In this document: one piece after another, positions 1 to 14,483 of the stretch
Layout of the letters: each line of letters starts with the position of its first letter
How positions within the stretch are numbered: position 1 is the stretch's first letter
Assembly (NCBI RefSeq): GCF_009914755.1
Contig: NC_060927.1
Direction: 5' to 3' (one strand)
Length of the DNA stretch: 64,000 bases
From: the human T2T-CHM13v2.0 reference genome, Homo sapiens
Made by a program: the position numbers and the translations under genes
The notes under the pieces: model-generated
Databases searched by the model: none
What the model saw: the letters and a program-made list of their open reading frames with translations, nothing else
Told to the model about the DNA's origin: nothing

Positions 1-258
1 TCTGCATAGATGAGAAAGCTCAAGTGAATTTTGTATTTAATCTTTCCCCATAGGGTAGTGAACTAAAACATTAGTTTTGGGCTAGTGGCTGAGAACCATC
101 TCTTTAAGACAGAAATATTTTGGCAATCTAAATCTCCCTTGGGCGGCATTAGGTAGAGAGTGATGTAATTCCTAATCTCAAACATTTTTGTTTCAAACAT
201 ATTAAATGTTTCTACAAAGCCATCTTCGAGTTGTGGCTTTATGGACTCAAGCGGCTAA

Positions 259-525
259 GGCAGTGGTTCTCAGTCAGGGTGCAGTTTTTTTCCCTAGGGA
301 ACATTTGGTAATGACTGGAGGCTTTTTTTTTTTTTTTTTCAGACGGAGTCTCGCTCTGTCACCCAGGCTGGAGTGCAGTGGCGTGATCTCTGCTCACTGC
401 AAGCTCAGCCTCCCGGGTTCACGCCATTCTCCTGCGACTGGAGACATTTTTGATTGTCACAACTAGGAGGGTGGTATTGGCATCAGGTACAAAATGTCAC
501 TGATGGCAAGGTTGGAAAAACTGCT
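259..525. mobile_element. MER20-like DNA transposon remnant interrupted by a truncated Alu
   Basis: cagtggttctca terminus and the ctggagacatttttgattgtcacaact motif. Confidence 0.7.
323..435 (-). mobile_element. 5'-truncated AluY-like fragment
   Basis: Poly-T plus Alu 3' end. TSD gactggag at 313-320 and 436-443. Confidence 0.85.
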
Positions 526-1108
526 TTACAGGATAGAAAGTTATTTTACTGACAAATATGTGCAGTGTATGAGATACTGGGTGTTCCAAGAAAATGAAGT
601 CCTGGACCCTGCCTTCAAAGCTGGTTATATCACAGCTGTTGACAATCACAAAACTATGGTAAATACACTTTCTTATTCATCTACGAGCCTTAATGATCTG
701 AGAGGAGATGGCACAGCAGGCTATAAGTAGGAGCCCCATTTGGGCTGGGACTTACCAGATGAGTAGGCATTAGTAAGTGTGGAGGGTTGAGAAATCCCAC
801 TCTTCAGTTCATACAGCATCATCATTGTTCCATGGAGGCCTCTTATTGTTTCCTCATTTGTGCCTCCTTTCCTCCATGCCACTGGCAACCATATTCGTGG
901 GTTAAATATAACAGAAATCTTTAATTTTGCATGTTTTTAAAAAATAAAATGTGTATTGACTGTAGATAACTTATGTAGATGGAATTGTGTTAAGATATCT
1001 CATTCAGTTCTTTTCCAGTTAACCCTATGCTATTAAAATCAATTCATGTTGCTATGGATCCATCTATTCTGTTGCTTTGAATTGCTTTCCTGGTACTCCT
1101 TGGAGTGT

Positions 1109-1575
1109 GTAGCAGTTAGTATGCTTTGTGATGAACCATCCCAAACTTAGTGACTTAAAACAATGGTCACTCCTTTTTCGTGAGTCTGTGGGGTTGGTTG
1201 AGTGGTTTGGCTGATTTGTGTCTGGGTCTGCTGATCTCAGCTGGTGTCACTCATTCATCTGTGATCTGCTGGAGACTGCATGATTTAAGAGGTCCATGGC
1301 ACATTGTTGTCATCCTTCATCAGTTTGGCCTAAACTTGGTCACCTGATGGCAAGGCCAGGAATCCAAGGGAGGAGAATTGTGCAAGGCCTATACTTGGAA
1401 CTTGACCACAGTCATTTCTGCCGTATTCTGTTGGCTAAACCAAGGCACGAGTCCAATCCACAAATCCAGTCTGGATTCAAAGTGTGGGGAAATAGACTCC
1501 ACCACTTGATGGGAGGAACTGAAAAGCGACATTGCAAAGGGATGGTTATAGGGAGTTTAATTAGAGCCATTGATT
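1109..1575. mobile_element. Old MaLR LTR (MLT1-type)
   Basis: cccaaacttagtgacttaaaacaa, catttctgccgtattctgttggc and gactccaccacttgatgggagg motifs. Confidence 0.65.
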
Positions 1576-2018
1576 AGTCAGAGTATGCATCCACCACCTT
1601 TTGCCTATTCACTCTTCCAGTGATGGAAGCCAAAGTTGATTCCAACTCTGGAAGCTGTGATAAATATCTTTGTACATGTCACCTTGTGGAGCTGTTTGAT
1701 AATTTGGAAGCTATATTCTCAGGAGTAAGATTGCTGAGGCAAATGGTTACATCTACCTGGAATGTCTATAGGAACAGCAGAAGATGAGACTGGATACTTC
1801 CTTGTTGAGAAGTTGGGATTTGGTGCTAAGGTTTAGTGGGCAACCTTGAGTTTTAGGTAAGGTTAATGCATTTAGACTCATGTTTTAGAGGGATTATCTT
1901 GGCAATAGTGTGAGGGTTGGAAGAGACGGGTACTACATTAGGTCCTTGGGTGCCTCATTGGAAGCTGACTTAGGCCAGCTGAGAATCTGAATTAAGGTCA
2001 TAAAAATGGAGAGAAGAT

Positions 2019-2440
2019 GCCAGGCACAGTGTCTCACGCCTGTAATCCCAACACTTTGGGAGGCCGAGGTAGGTGGATCACGAGGACAGGAGTTTGAGAC
2101 CAGCCTGGCCAACATGGTGAAATCCCGTCTCTACTAAAAATACAAAAATTAGCTGGGCATGGTTGTGGATGCCTGTAATCCCAGCACTTTGGGAGGCCGA
2201 GGTAGGTGGATCATGAGGACAGGAGTTTGAGACCAGCCTGGCCAACATGGTGAAATCCCGTCTCTACTAAAAATACAAAAATTAGCTGGGCATGGTTGTG
2301 GATGCCTGTAATCCCAGCTACTCGGGAGGCTGAGGCAAGAGAATCACTTGAAACCGGAAGGTAGAGGTTTTCAGTGAGCTGAGATCGCACCACTGCACTC
2401 CAGCCTGACCGACAAGAGCGAAACTCCATCTTAAAAAAAA
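2019..2440 (+). mobile_element. AluS with an internal 133-bp tandem duplication (trimeric)
   Basis: Left arm and linker present twice. gcctgtaatccca occurs at 2038, 2171 and 2304. Confidence 0.92.
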
Positions 2441-2780
2441 AGAGAAGGTAGAATCAACCTGACCTGGTGGCTGACTGGATGAGGGAAAAGCAGGAGTCTA
2501 GGATGACTTCCTGGTTTCTGTCTTGGGTAGGTGGGGAGATGGTGTTGGCATGAGTTGCTGGGAATGAGGAAGAAAGAACAGATCCTCGGGGAGATGATAA
2601 GTAAGTCCTTTTTGGGCAGCATTCAGTATAGGAGACTGTGGAGTGGCAAGGCAGAGATGGCCAGAGAGCATACTTGCATGTGTAGGTATGTAGCTTGAAG
2701 AGAAGTCGAGGTTAAAGATGAAGATGTGGGAATTTCCAGTCAATGGGAGGAGGTGACTGCTAGGGGTGGGTTTGTCTAAG

Positions 2781-2965
2781 GCAATGGTTCTCAAACTTTA
2801 GCTGCATCAGAATCACCTGGAAGGTTGTTAAATCGGAGCTCCCCAGGCCCCACCCCCAGAGTTCCTGAGTCAGTAGATCTGGAGTGGAGCCATAGAATTT
2901 GCATTCTAACAAGCTTCCAGGTGACGTTGATGTTGCTGGTCTGGGACCACACTTTGAGAGCCAGT
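2781..2965. mobile_element. MER5A within L2-like sequence
   Basis: caatggttctcaaactt...catcagaatcacctgga...accacactttgaga. Confidence 0.8.
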
Positions 2966-3579
2966 CTGGGGCAAAAGTACAAATGGAGAAGGCCCTGGCA
3001 GGCCATGTTCAAGGAGTGGGCAAAGGGAAATAAGTCAGCAAAGGCATTTAAGAGAGTTTAGGCTCTGAGAAGCCAAGAGAATACTGAGATACCCAGTTAA
3101 GACCATTCCTTTAAGCGGCTCAATTCAAAAGGAGAAGAGAGCAGAAAATAGAAGACACCACAGGGTGTTGAGGATTTTTCCTTACCATTTAATTGTTATC
3201 ATAAGAGACTTAAGCATCCTTTCAGGATGAAAGAGTCACACCTCCTTCGCACTCTACCGACTCCATGTCTCTAATTTAGCACAGGGAGGCGGAGACATTC
3301 AGACTAAATGGTCCTGCTTTCCACAGCATCAGAAAACACAGAAGCAGATTCATGTCCACAGTGTGAGGGATGCTAGTGATATATTGTGAAGAAATAAAAA
3401 ATCAAGCTACAGAAAAATATATTGAGTTGTCTTTATAGAGAAAAACAATTATGTGAAGTCCCCCTCCATATGTCTGCATGGTTATGCTTAAAAGAAAACA
3501 GATTTGCAGGAGAGCTCTTGAGCACACAGCTAAGCATTTCCAGCCCGCAGTTTCTTCTCCAGAACTTAGCTACTTGGAT

Positions 3580-3805
3580 GGGACAGTGGAGAGTGCACTA
3601 GAGTTGGAAAGGGCACTGGCATGAGGAGATCGGGGCTCTATCATCGTTCATGAGTTCAGCATGACTTCACCTCTCTGTGTCTCAGTTTCTCCATCTGTAA
3701 AATGGGACTAATTATGGTACCTACCTCAGAATCATGATGAGGATTAAATAAGAATACATGGAAAGCCCTTAGAACACTGCAAGTTATGTATGAGGTACTC
3801 AAAAT
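3580..3805 (+). mobile_element. MIR
   Basis: ctctgtgtctcagtttctccatctgtaaaatggg core. Confidence 0.75.
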
Positions 3806-4371
3806 AGACATAATCTGCTCTTAATGTATTTTAATATGAGTTAATAGACACAATGACGCTTAGTGAACTTTAATATATATTATCCATTAGATCCTATGGT
3901 GCAACTGTCACATGAAAATAAGGTGGTAACATCTCTAGGAACCTAAGGTTCAAAACTCAGAATTTGGGGTCACAGCAGCCCTACCATTAGAGATGCTCCT
4001 TCCTATGCTGGAAAGTCATCGTGGCAGCTCTGTATCAACCATGACCAAAAGGGATTGGCCCCTGTCTTCAGACACCCATCGTCCTTGAGGTTATGGCACT
4101 ATGAGGTTGGGAGAATCAGGAGGTTTGAAAGGTCATTGGATGTTTCTTAGTGAGAACTGGGTGTCCTGGGGAGTGCTGAGTCTGGGTCATATGTACGCAT
4201 GTGTACCAAGTTGCTCATCTCCAGACAAGCATCCTTAACACACTCACTGCTGGTTCACAGAAATGGGTGGAGGGTGGTGGGGCAGAGCATTGCCTGGGCC
4301 TTTCTAGACTTGGTGCTGTGGGAAGACCAGCTGATTTGGGTTTAAACTTGGAAGGGCTCAAGCATGGCTGA

Positions 4372-4699
<328 letters not shown>

Positions 4700-6200
4700 A
4701 ACCAATTTTTTTTCTTATGCCCCCGTGCTGGACTCTTGTGTCCATGTAGTGTTCCAGACTTATAGAACCTAGGTGTCTCACTTTTCCTCAAAGTCGGTCA
4801 TGCTTTCAGTAACTTGGCTATTCTGATTGAGCCTGTGGTTCATCAGAAGTCCAGAACAGATGTTCATACCCTGTGTTAGCCCTGTCTGTGCTCTTGGGGT
4901 TTATGATTTCCTAAGTCACAGTAGGGGATGGGAGCTTTATGCAGGGAGGCCCTCTCGTACTGCGGGCATCCTGAACTTTCGATGGGAATGTCTGTTCACT
5001 GCCCCCAGGCATCAGATGACTGAGTTCAGTCACCCTCAACCTTGCCTGGTCAGCCCTGCTTTCTGCAGGACCATTTGAGGTTCTCACAGCCAGTCTTTAT
5101 TTTCACAGCTCAGTTTTTAGAAAAGAGGAAGCAAATTAAGGACATCTCAAAATGAGACTAAGTGAACACAGGAGATCCATCCATTCTGATTTTTACTGTT
5201 CTCATGTGTAGAAAGGAGTAGTGGGGCTGTGGATGATTTTTAAAATTGTGGTTTTTTTTTTCTGTAAATCGAATTTATCAAGGCTAAAGTGTGGCTTTGA
5301 AATTAGGTACTCAACTGTAGGGACAAATTTGGGAGATGGCTCTCCAAAGGAATCCCATCAGATTCCAGCGTGGCAGAATTCTAGAGCAAAGGGATTTTGC
5401 TGGCACTGTCAGGCTTCAGCTTAAATTTACAGTTCAGCTGTGTTTTTGCTCCAAGAAAAAAATATACCTGAGCTGTAGATACACTGTCTGGAGATGCTTT
5501 AGAGATCTCCCATCCAGTAAATAACATCTTAATGGGAGGCCTTGTCCTTGCCAATGAGGGGTGCCAAAGGAAGAAATGAGTTCAAGTAAACTAGGCCGGA
5601 CTTAAAAATAGCTGTTTACTACTTTCTCCTAGGGTTATTTTCCTGCAGCGCGAGGAAGAAATCATACTGCGAGGCTCAACACAGCAATCGTGTGTGCCAT
5701 TTCCTCCCAGGAACCTGAGAATTTCTCTGCCAGGATTATCCTTATGGTCAGCTATGGGCTCATGCTTTTGAGTGGTGCCAGGTGCAACTCTGAATGTCTA
5801 AATAAACTAGGAAATACTCTGACTTGTTTTATAGGATTGGTTTGCATTTTCAGGTTATACAAGTATAAAGAATTGTGAATTGTAGAAAGTTGGAGGAAAA
5901 CATAGAAATTTGGAAATACACAAAGTTGGAAAAAAATGTTAAACACCTATGCTGCTATAATTTTTGCTTTTCTTTCTGGACATTTTTAGAGCATATGCTT
6001 AATATTTCAGTAATTAATGATGGTTATGATAAAGACAAGGTAAACAATTGGACCTGTCTTTCAACAAGTGAATGAATAAACAGTTGTGGCATAGCCAACA
6101 ATACTGCACAGCAATGTAAATTACTAATGTAAACGACCTGGATGAATTTTAGACATTGTGTTGAATCAGAAGCCAGACACAAAAGAGTATATACGGTATC

Positions 6201-6507
6201 GGGGATGGTCAGCAAACCACAGCCTACAGGCCAGACCCAGCCCATGACGTGTTTTTGTGTGACCCGCAAGCTAAGAATGACTTTTATATTTTTTAACGGT
6301 TGCGGAAAAAATTAAAACAAGAATACTGTTTTGCAGTTTGTAAAAAATTATATGCAATTCAAATTTCAGTGTCTACAAATAGTTTTATTGGAACACAGCC
6401 ATTCACTTGTGAACTGTCTATAGCTGCCTTTGTGCTCCAAGGACAGAGTTGAATCATTGTGACAGAGACCGTATGGCTGCAAAGCTTAAAATATTTGCCA
6501 TCTGGCA
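6201..6507. mobile_element. MER58B-like DNA transposon
   Basis: ggtcagcaaac...gttttattggaacacagccattcac...aaaatatttgccatctgg. Confidence 0.7.
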
Positions 6508-8229
6508 GGACTTCGCTCCTTCTGGAGGCTCTAGGAGAGAATTGGTTCCCTTGTCTCTCCAGCTGCCTTCCTGGGCTCATGGCTCCGTTCCACTCTCCCG
6601 ACTCGTTTTTCACCTTTGTGGACCCTTGTGACTATATCAGGCTCATCTCGTAATCCAGGAGAACTTCCTCACTTTAAGATTCTTAATCCCATGTGCAATG
6701 TCCTCTTTGCCATGTGAAACTCCTGTTTCCTCTCTAGTATTCATAGTCAGCCCACTTCTGTGGCCACATGTGTAGTTCTTTTTCCCCCCACACCAACCGA
6801 TTCTCCACCAGCTGGATGTCCTATAAATCAATTCAATTCTGACACTAACTGGAGTTAGCACAGATCCCACAGGTTGAAGTCTCAGTCCCACCAGACTGCC
6901 CCTGCCCACTTCAAACGCCAATTGCAAGTAGTAGGTCCTGTTGACCTAAAGGAAGAAACTGAGGCAAATTAACACAGGTAGAGAATTGCTTTGGGATAAG
7001 TTGATGACTGCAGCCCGGGAAGCACTGGGAAGTCCTCTGGAGAACAAAAGAGAGGCTTCAGCTTTTAAAGAAAAAAGGATGACTCAGAGGAGGGGCGATT
7101 ATAAAAATTGTTTTCAAGAATTCTCCTTGGTTTACGGAAGTAACATTGATGAGTGATTGGCTATACTTTGTTGAACTACAGGGTATGGGTTATGGTATCC
7201 AGTGTATGGCATTGTTACGTTAATTTATAGCTATTTGTGGCGTCAGTCTAGAGCCCTCATAGCAAGCAACTCGGAGATGATTACTTAGTTCAAGGGCAGA
7301 GGGGTAAGATGTGACCCCTGAAATGAAATGTCTCATTTCAATGCCTCCCTAGGCTTGATAATTTAAAGGGGGCCCGCATCCCTCAGATAAAAAGTTTCTT
7401 TTCTTTCTCAGTCCCCAGGTAATCCCACAATTTCTGTCTGACTTAGCTACAAATTGGCAGTTCCTGTGACCCCCACCTCAGGTACAATCACTTGCTAGAA
7501 CAGCTCACAGAACTCAGGAAACACATTTACTGTAAAGGATATTACAAAGGATACAGATGAACAGCCAGAAGCTGAGGTACCCAGGGCAAGGCATGTGGGC
7601 AGGGGCGTGGAGCAGGAGCTGTGTCCCCATGGAGTTGGGGGTCACCACCCTCCTGGCATGTCAACATGTTCTTCCTCACCAACCTTGAAGCTCTGCAAAC
7701 TCTGTCCTTTGAGGTTCTTATGGAGGCTGCATGACAGAAGCACGCTAGATTAAATCACTGGCCATTGGTGATCAATTCAATCTTCAGTCCCTCTTCCCTA
7801 CCCAGAGGTTGGGATGTCGGGCTGAAGGTTCTAACCCTCTAATCACATGATTTGTGCCCCCTAGCAACCGCCCCCGATCCTGTGGTGGTTATCTAGTAGC
7901 TTTCCAGAAATCACCTTATTAACATAAACTCAGATGTGGTTGAAAGGGGCTTGTTATTAAATAACAAGACTTTTTTTCACCTTTATTGGTCCAGGGCTGT
8001 TCCAGGAACCAAGGACAAAAGACCAAATCTTATAATAAAAGATATTCCTATTGCTCTAATCACTTAGGAAATTATAAGGGTTTTAGGAGCTATAAGGCAA
8101 GAACTGTGGATGAAGACCAAAATGTATATCTTATTATATCACAGTATCACACCATGTAAGGTAACATATTCATGGGTTCTGAGGATCAGGGCATGAACAT
8201 CTCTTGGAGGCCATTATTCTGCCTAGCAC
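6508..8229. mobile_element. Nested LTR stack: MLT1-type host with a MER21-like LTR (about 6713-8151) carrying an inner ERV1 solo LTR
   Basis: MaLR motifs resume at 8152 (ccatgtaaggtaacatattc). MER21-like aattcaattctgacact...cagatcccacaggttgaag. Confidence 0.7.
6939..7410. mobile_element. ERV1 (MER4-group-like) solo LTR
   Basis: TG...CA termini with 4-bp TSD GTCC at 6935-6938 and 7411-7414. Confidence 0.8.
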
Positions 8230-8997
8230 TGATGGAGACAGGAGGCAGCCAACTCCTGCCCCTGGTGAAACCCCACCTTAAGCCTAAAACAGCCTGAAAA
8301 CTGAAAAACCAGACTGCTGGTCCCGAATGAAGCCCGCTCTTTCCCGACGGATTCTTTCTGAGTAATGTCCACCTGAGCACTGGGAGAACAGGGTGGGGCC
8401 TTGGAAAGTTCATGCTATTTGCAGCAGGGGGGAGCCTAGCATTTCGTATTCCTGTGTAGTGAGCTGGGATTCAGTCAGTGAGGTGGAGAGCCTGTTAGCA
8501 GGCTCCCACCTCAGCCTCCTGTGTAGCTGGAACTACAGGCTCATGCCACTATGCCCGGCTAATTTTTTGGTATTTTTAATAGAGAAGGGGTTATGCCATG
8601 TTGCCCAGGCTGGTCTCAAACTCCTGAGCTCAAGCAAGGTGCCCACCTTGGCCTCCCAAAGTGCTGAGATTACAGGTTTGAGCCACCAGGCCTGGCCCAG
8701 CATCCAAATCTCTTGGAGAAATTGTTAAAAATGCAGACATCTGGGACCCATCCCAGAACTACTGGGTCAGAATCTCTGGGGGTTTAGTGCTCTGGAATCC
8801 GTGTTTAGCAAGTTACAGGTAACTGATACACTTTGCAAAGCACTGCTTTAAAAGACCAGGTGAAGAGGGAAGAGTGGGAGGAAGAATGACTCATTGTGCT
8901 GTTATAGAAAAAAACCATGTTCTTGTCACACGACCAGGAAAGATTAGGCTCGTGGACACATAGAAGGGTGAGGAGTGGAATTTACTGGGTGAAAATT
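8230..8997. mobile_element. ERV1-type solo LTR split by an inversion (5' part 8230-8502 on +, 3' part 8900-8997 on -)
   Basis: TG start at 8230 and CA end at 8900 on the minus strand. TSD GCAC on both sides once the inversion is undone. Confidence 0.8.
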
Positions 8998-9096
8998 TAC
9001 TGCTTGAGCCTGGGAGGTTGAGGCTACAGTGAGCCATGATCGTACCACTGCACTCAAGCCTGGGTGACAGAGCGAGACCCTGTCTCAGAAAAAAAG
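8503..9096. mobile_element. AluJ split by an inversion (5' part 8503-8697 on -, 3' part 8998-9096 on +)
   Basis: The two pieces are consecutive parts of one Alu. TSD agat(t/c)tggatgc. Confidence 0.85.
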
Positions 9097-9573
9097 ATCT
9101 GGATGCCAGTACTCTCTAAGCATCATAAAGGAAGATGACTCAGTCTCAGAGAAGCTGCCGAGGCTAGTTCCTGGAGAGGGTTCTACAGGATCTATTTCTC
9201 ATTTTGGAGGCTAGTACAGCTGCAGTAGCAGCTACACCCTACAAAAGTAAAGCATCATTACTTTGTTCTCCATCAACCATTGGGCCCTCTGGAGAAAGGG
9301 GAGCAGTGTGAGTTAAGAAAAGGGCAACCTTGTTATTCTGTGGTTATTATGACATGAGAGCAATGTTGGGTGTATCAGGGCTGCAGGGGCTGGTTGGGGT
9401 ACCAGAGGATTTGCTGAGGAGTGCTGGAAGCTCCTGACCAGTGGCTGCTCTGCAGAAATTGAGGGAGGGTTGATGCAAGTTCCTAGTTCAAGAGCAGCCA
9501 GCCCTTCAGACACCAGGGGTGTGAAGGCAGGTCCTACTGGGGAGAGGGTGGGTAGGCAGAGTAAGCCAGAAAA

Positions 9574-9870
9574 TTTTTTTTTTTTTTTTAAAGACAGAGT
9601 CTCACTCTGTTGCCCAGGCTAAAGTGCAGTGGCACCATCCCAGCTCACTGTGACCTCCACTTCCCGGATTCAATCAATTCTCATGCCTCAGCCTCCCAAG
9701 TAGCTAGGATTACAGGCGCATGCCACCACACCCAGCTGATTTTTGTGTTTTTGGTAAGACAGGGTTTTACTGTGTGGGCCAGGCTGGTCTCAAACTCCTG
9801 GGCAAGGGATCCACTTGTCTTGGCCTCCCAAAGTGCTTGGATTGCAGGCATGAGCCTCCACGCCAGGGCT
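9574..9870 (-). mobile_element. Alu (older, J/S)
   Basis: Poly-T plus Alu body. Confidence 0.9.
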
Positions 9871-10182
9871 AGAAATGTTAATATGCCTTTCTTTCTTTCC
9901 ATTATTGGTAAGGAAGGAAAATTTTCTAGGGTAGGCTCAGGGTTGGGTGGCGGGGGGGGTCCAACTGAGGCCTTGTTGATGGAGATATTGATAGCCTTGT
10001 ACACAGATCTTTATTTTTTTTGCGTTCTAGTGAACATAGGTGAAAACTTAATAAGTGACAAAAAAATTCCCATCACAGTTGTCCCTGTTTCCCTGTTCAT
10101 ACTTCCTGACTTTTGAGTGCCCCAGTGAGCCTTTGGTCATTGGTTCAGTGGTGAACTAAGTGCTGTGGGGAAACAAAGGTAA

Positions 10183-10563
<381 letters not shown>

Positions 10564-11108
10564 TGAACCACAAAACGGGGCAGGATGAACCAGTTGCTAG
10601 AATAGAGGCATCACTGGCCAGGTGCTCAGCGAAGGCACCCACAGTGGGATCCCTGGAATGTTAAAGCAAAAGAGATTCCATGGCTGAGCAAGGTTGGAAG
10701 GCCAGGTTAATCACAGTTAATGTTGTACTATGTGACTCCATGCTTTAATATGACACATTGCCAAGAGATGGCTTGAGTCCAGCTTTTCCCAGATTTGACC
10801 ATGAACCTTTGCTTCATAAAATATTTCTGAGAACATGCTTTGAAAAAGGTGACTTATGGAGCAGATGGCATATTTTTTGGTGGCTTATGTAGTATTAAAT
10901 ACTAATTCCTAAACTATCTGGAGTTGACAACCTATATTTTATTTCTTTTAAGAAACCCAGATGCCTCTCATTCCCTCTCTTTTTAATGAATTGGATCCAT
11001 TTTGAGAAACTCTTAGTACTCCTTGAAATAACTAGACATCCTCTGGAAAGTTATAAAAGAAAATTACCAAGATCTAAAATTTTACTTGATCTTTTCTGTG
11101 ATTCCACC

Positions 11109-11416
11109 TTTTTTTTTTTTTTTTTTTTTTTTTTGAGATGGAGTCTTGCTCTGTCGCCCAGGCTGGAGTACAGTGGCGCGATCTCGGCTCACTGCAAGCT
11201 CCGCCTCCCGGGATCACGCCAATTCTCCTGCCTCAGCCTCCCGAGTAGCTGGGACTACAGGCGCCCGCCACCAAGCCCGGCTAATTTTTTGTATTTTTAG
11301 TAGAGACGGGGTTTCACTGTGTTAGCCAGAATGGTCTTGATCTCCTGACCTCGTGATCCGCCTGCCTCAGCCTCCCAAAGTGCTGGGATTACAGGCGTGA
11401 GCCACCACACCCGGCC
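11109..11416 (-). mobile_element. AluY
   Basis: CpG-rich with the gcaagctccgcc diagnostic. TSD attccaccttt. Confidence 0.92.
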
Positions 11417-12862
11417 AATTCCACCTTTTTACTTTCTCAAGTCCATTCACTAGTTAAGCAGATTTGATGAAGTTTTGGCCATTGTCTTAAAAAAAAAGTT
11501 CCCCTGAGAATAATTCTAACTTTCCCAGATCCTTGGTGTTTACACATTGTGTCCTGAGCCTTGACAGATGTGCAACTTTTTCAGAGCAGCTTAGTAAAAA
11601 GTTGACAGAAGGCATGACAAGAATGCAGCCTTTATTGTTGAAAGGTTTGTGGCTAAACGTATAGAGCCTGATGGAGATGTTGAATCAATTGTTGAGCTCT
11701 ATGCTACCTGAATATCAAGTGAAAGCTGCACATAAAAGATCCTGCTTGTTTGGGGATTTTTTTTTCCCCCTAAAACAGCAGCAATTTTCATTGAAACTCC
11801 AGATTTATTCAGGGGAAATAATATTTGGGAGTGAGATGGGAAGGTGAGTTGAATGACTTGAGTTGAAAGCTAAATTTTTCAGTGAAGTTTTTAGAAACCA
11901 GTTATTACATGGCAGAATCAAATCCCTGACTGTTCGTAAGTCCAGACTTGAAAGTCAATTTGCCAATATGGTAGATATCTTCCTATGATAGGAGGTTGTT
12001 TTTGCATATAATTTACTCCTAAAAATGCAGGACAAGCCAGCGTTTGGAAATTGAACCCTAGACTTACATATTACTCTAAGAGAACTGAGTATTGGAAGTG
12101 TCTTGGGATCTAAATTTCAAACGCTTCAGAGAGCTCTGCACAGATAGGCAGTCAAGGGAAAGGGTGAAGTGCATCTGAAATCTGCTTGTCACTTGCAAGC
12201 TGTGGGACCTGGGACAGGGACTCATATCTGTGCTGCTTTCCTCTTCTGAAATCACAGTTGGTCATAGGATTGACCTCAGGGCCAGGCTAGGATTAAGTCT
12301 GTCAATACATGGAAAGGGCTCAGAGCTGCCTGGACCACAGGGACTTCTCGGTAAATGTTAGTTTATTTTTTATATAAATACTTAAAACATAGATTAAACA
12401 GTAAGTATGGACAATTGTGATTACTTTTCTAAAGTAAATTCCTCACATTTACCTTGGTCCATCTTACTTGAAATGACATTTAGTAGGAAAATAAACATTA
12501 ATGTTGGAAGAAAGACTTACTGCTAAAGGGAAGGAGGTAAATGGTCATAACTTTGGATTTTATATTTGAATTCACACATTGTTGGTGGGAAAATAAATTG
12601 GCCTAACCTTTATGAAAGTCAGTTTAACAATAGCCATCACAATAATGAATGCAGGTACCCTTTGACCTAGTACTTCTGTATAAACTTACCCTAAGGTGAA
12701 CCTAAACACATACAAAGTGTCGTGTGTAAAGGTGATAGTATGCAGCACTGTTTGCAATAGGAGGAGACTGGAAACAACCAAAAATGTCCACCAATGGGAA
12801 ACTAGTAGACACACTGTCATACTCAGGAATACCAACTATGTAGCAGTTTAAAAAGAAATAAG

Positions 12863-13166
<304 letters not shown>

Positions 13167-13643
13167 AGAATGCGTTCTAAGTTCTTAGAAAAGATCTCCC
13201 AAATGCAAATGTGTTAAATCAGGAAAGCAACCTGTGGGATGTCAGCGGGGATTAAGTATAACTTTGGAAAGATACACAAGAAACTAAGAACATTGTCCAC
13301 CTCTAGAGAGTAGGCAGGAAAAGCCATGGCAAGGAAGACCCCAAAGGGTGATTCCAGGGACAAAGAGATTTCTCCCTGTTTAACCTCTTATACTTTTCCA
13401 TTTTTTAACCAGGTCAGTGTGTTATCTATTTGAAGAATTAAAATAATTAGAAGGAATTCAACCCACCCTTCCTCCTCTCATAAAGATGTTTGCAGCAAGC
13501 AGTAGCCCTGTTAGCAGTGCTGAGACCCTGGGAGCTTCTTTCTGTGTTTAGGTCTCAGGAATGGCTGGTTTTATTTTTATCTTATTGTGAGAAATGTGAA
13601 ACTGCGCACAATAAAATCACATCTGCCCACCACTTAGCTTTAG

Positions 13644-13953
<310 letters not shown>

Positions 13954-14083
13954 TAGTCATTATTAATTTATGGTCAGTATTGTTTCATCTATGTCCTTAC
14001 CTATTCTTCTTTCAGCAGGATTTTAAGTGAAATTCTAGATGGCATATCATTTCGTCCATAAATATTTTCATAGGTAGCCCTAA

Positions 14084-14483
<400 letters not shown>

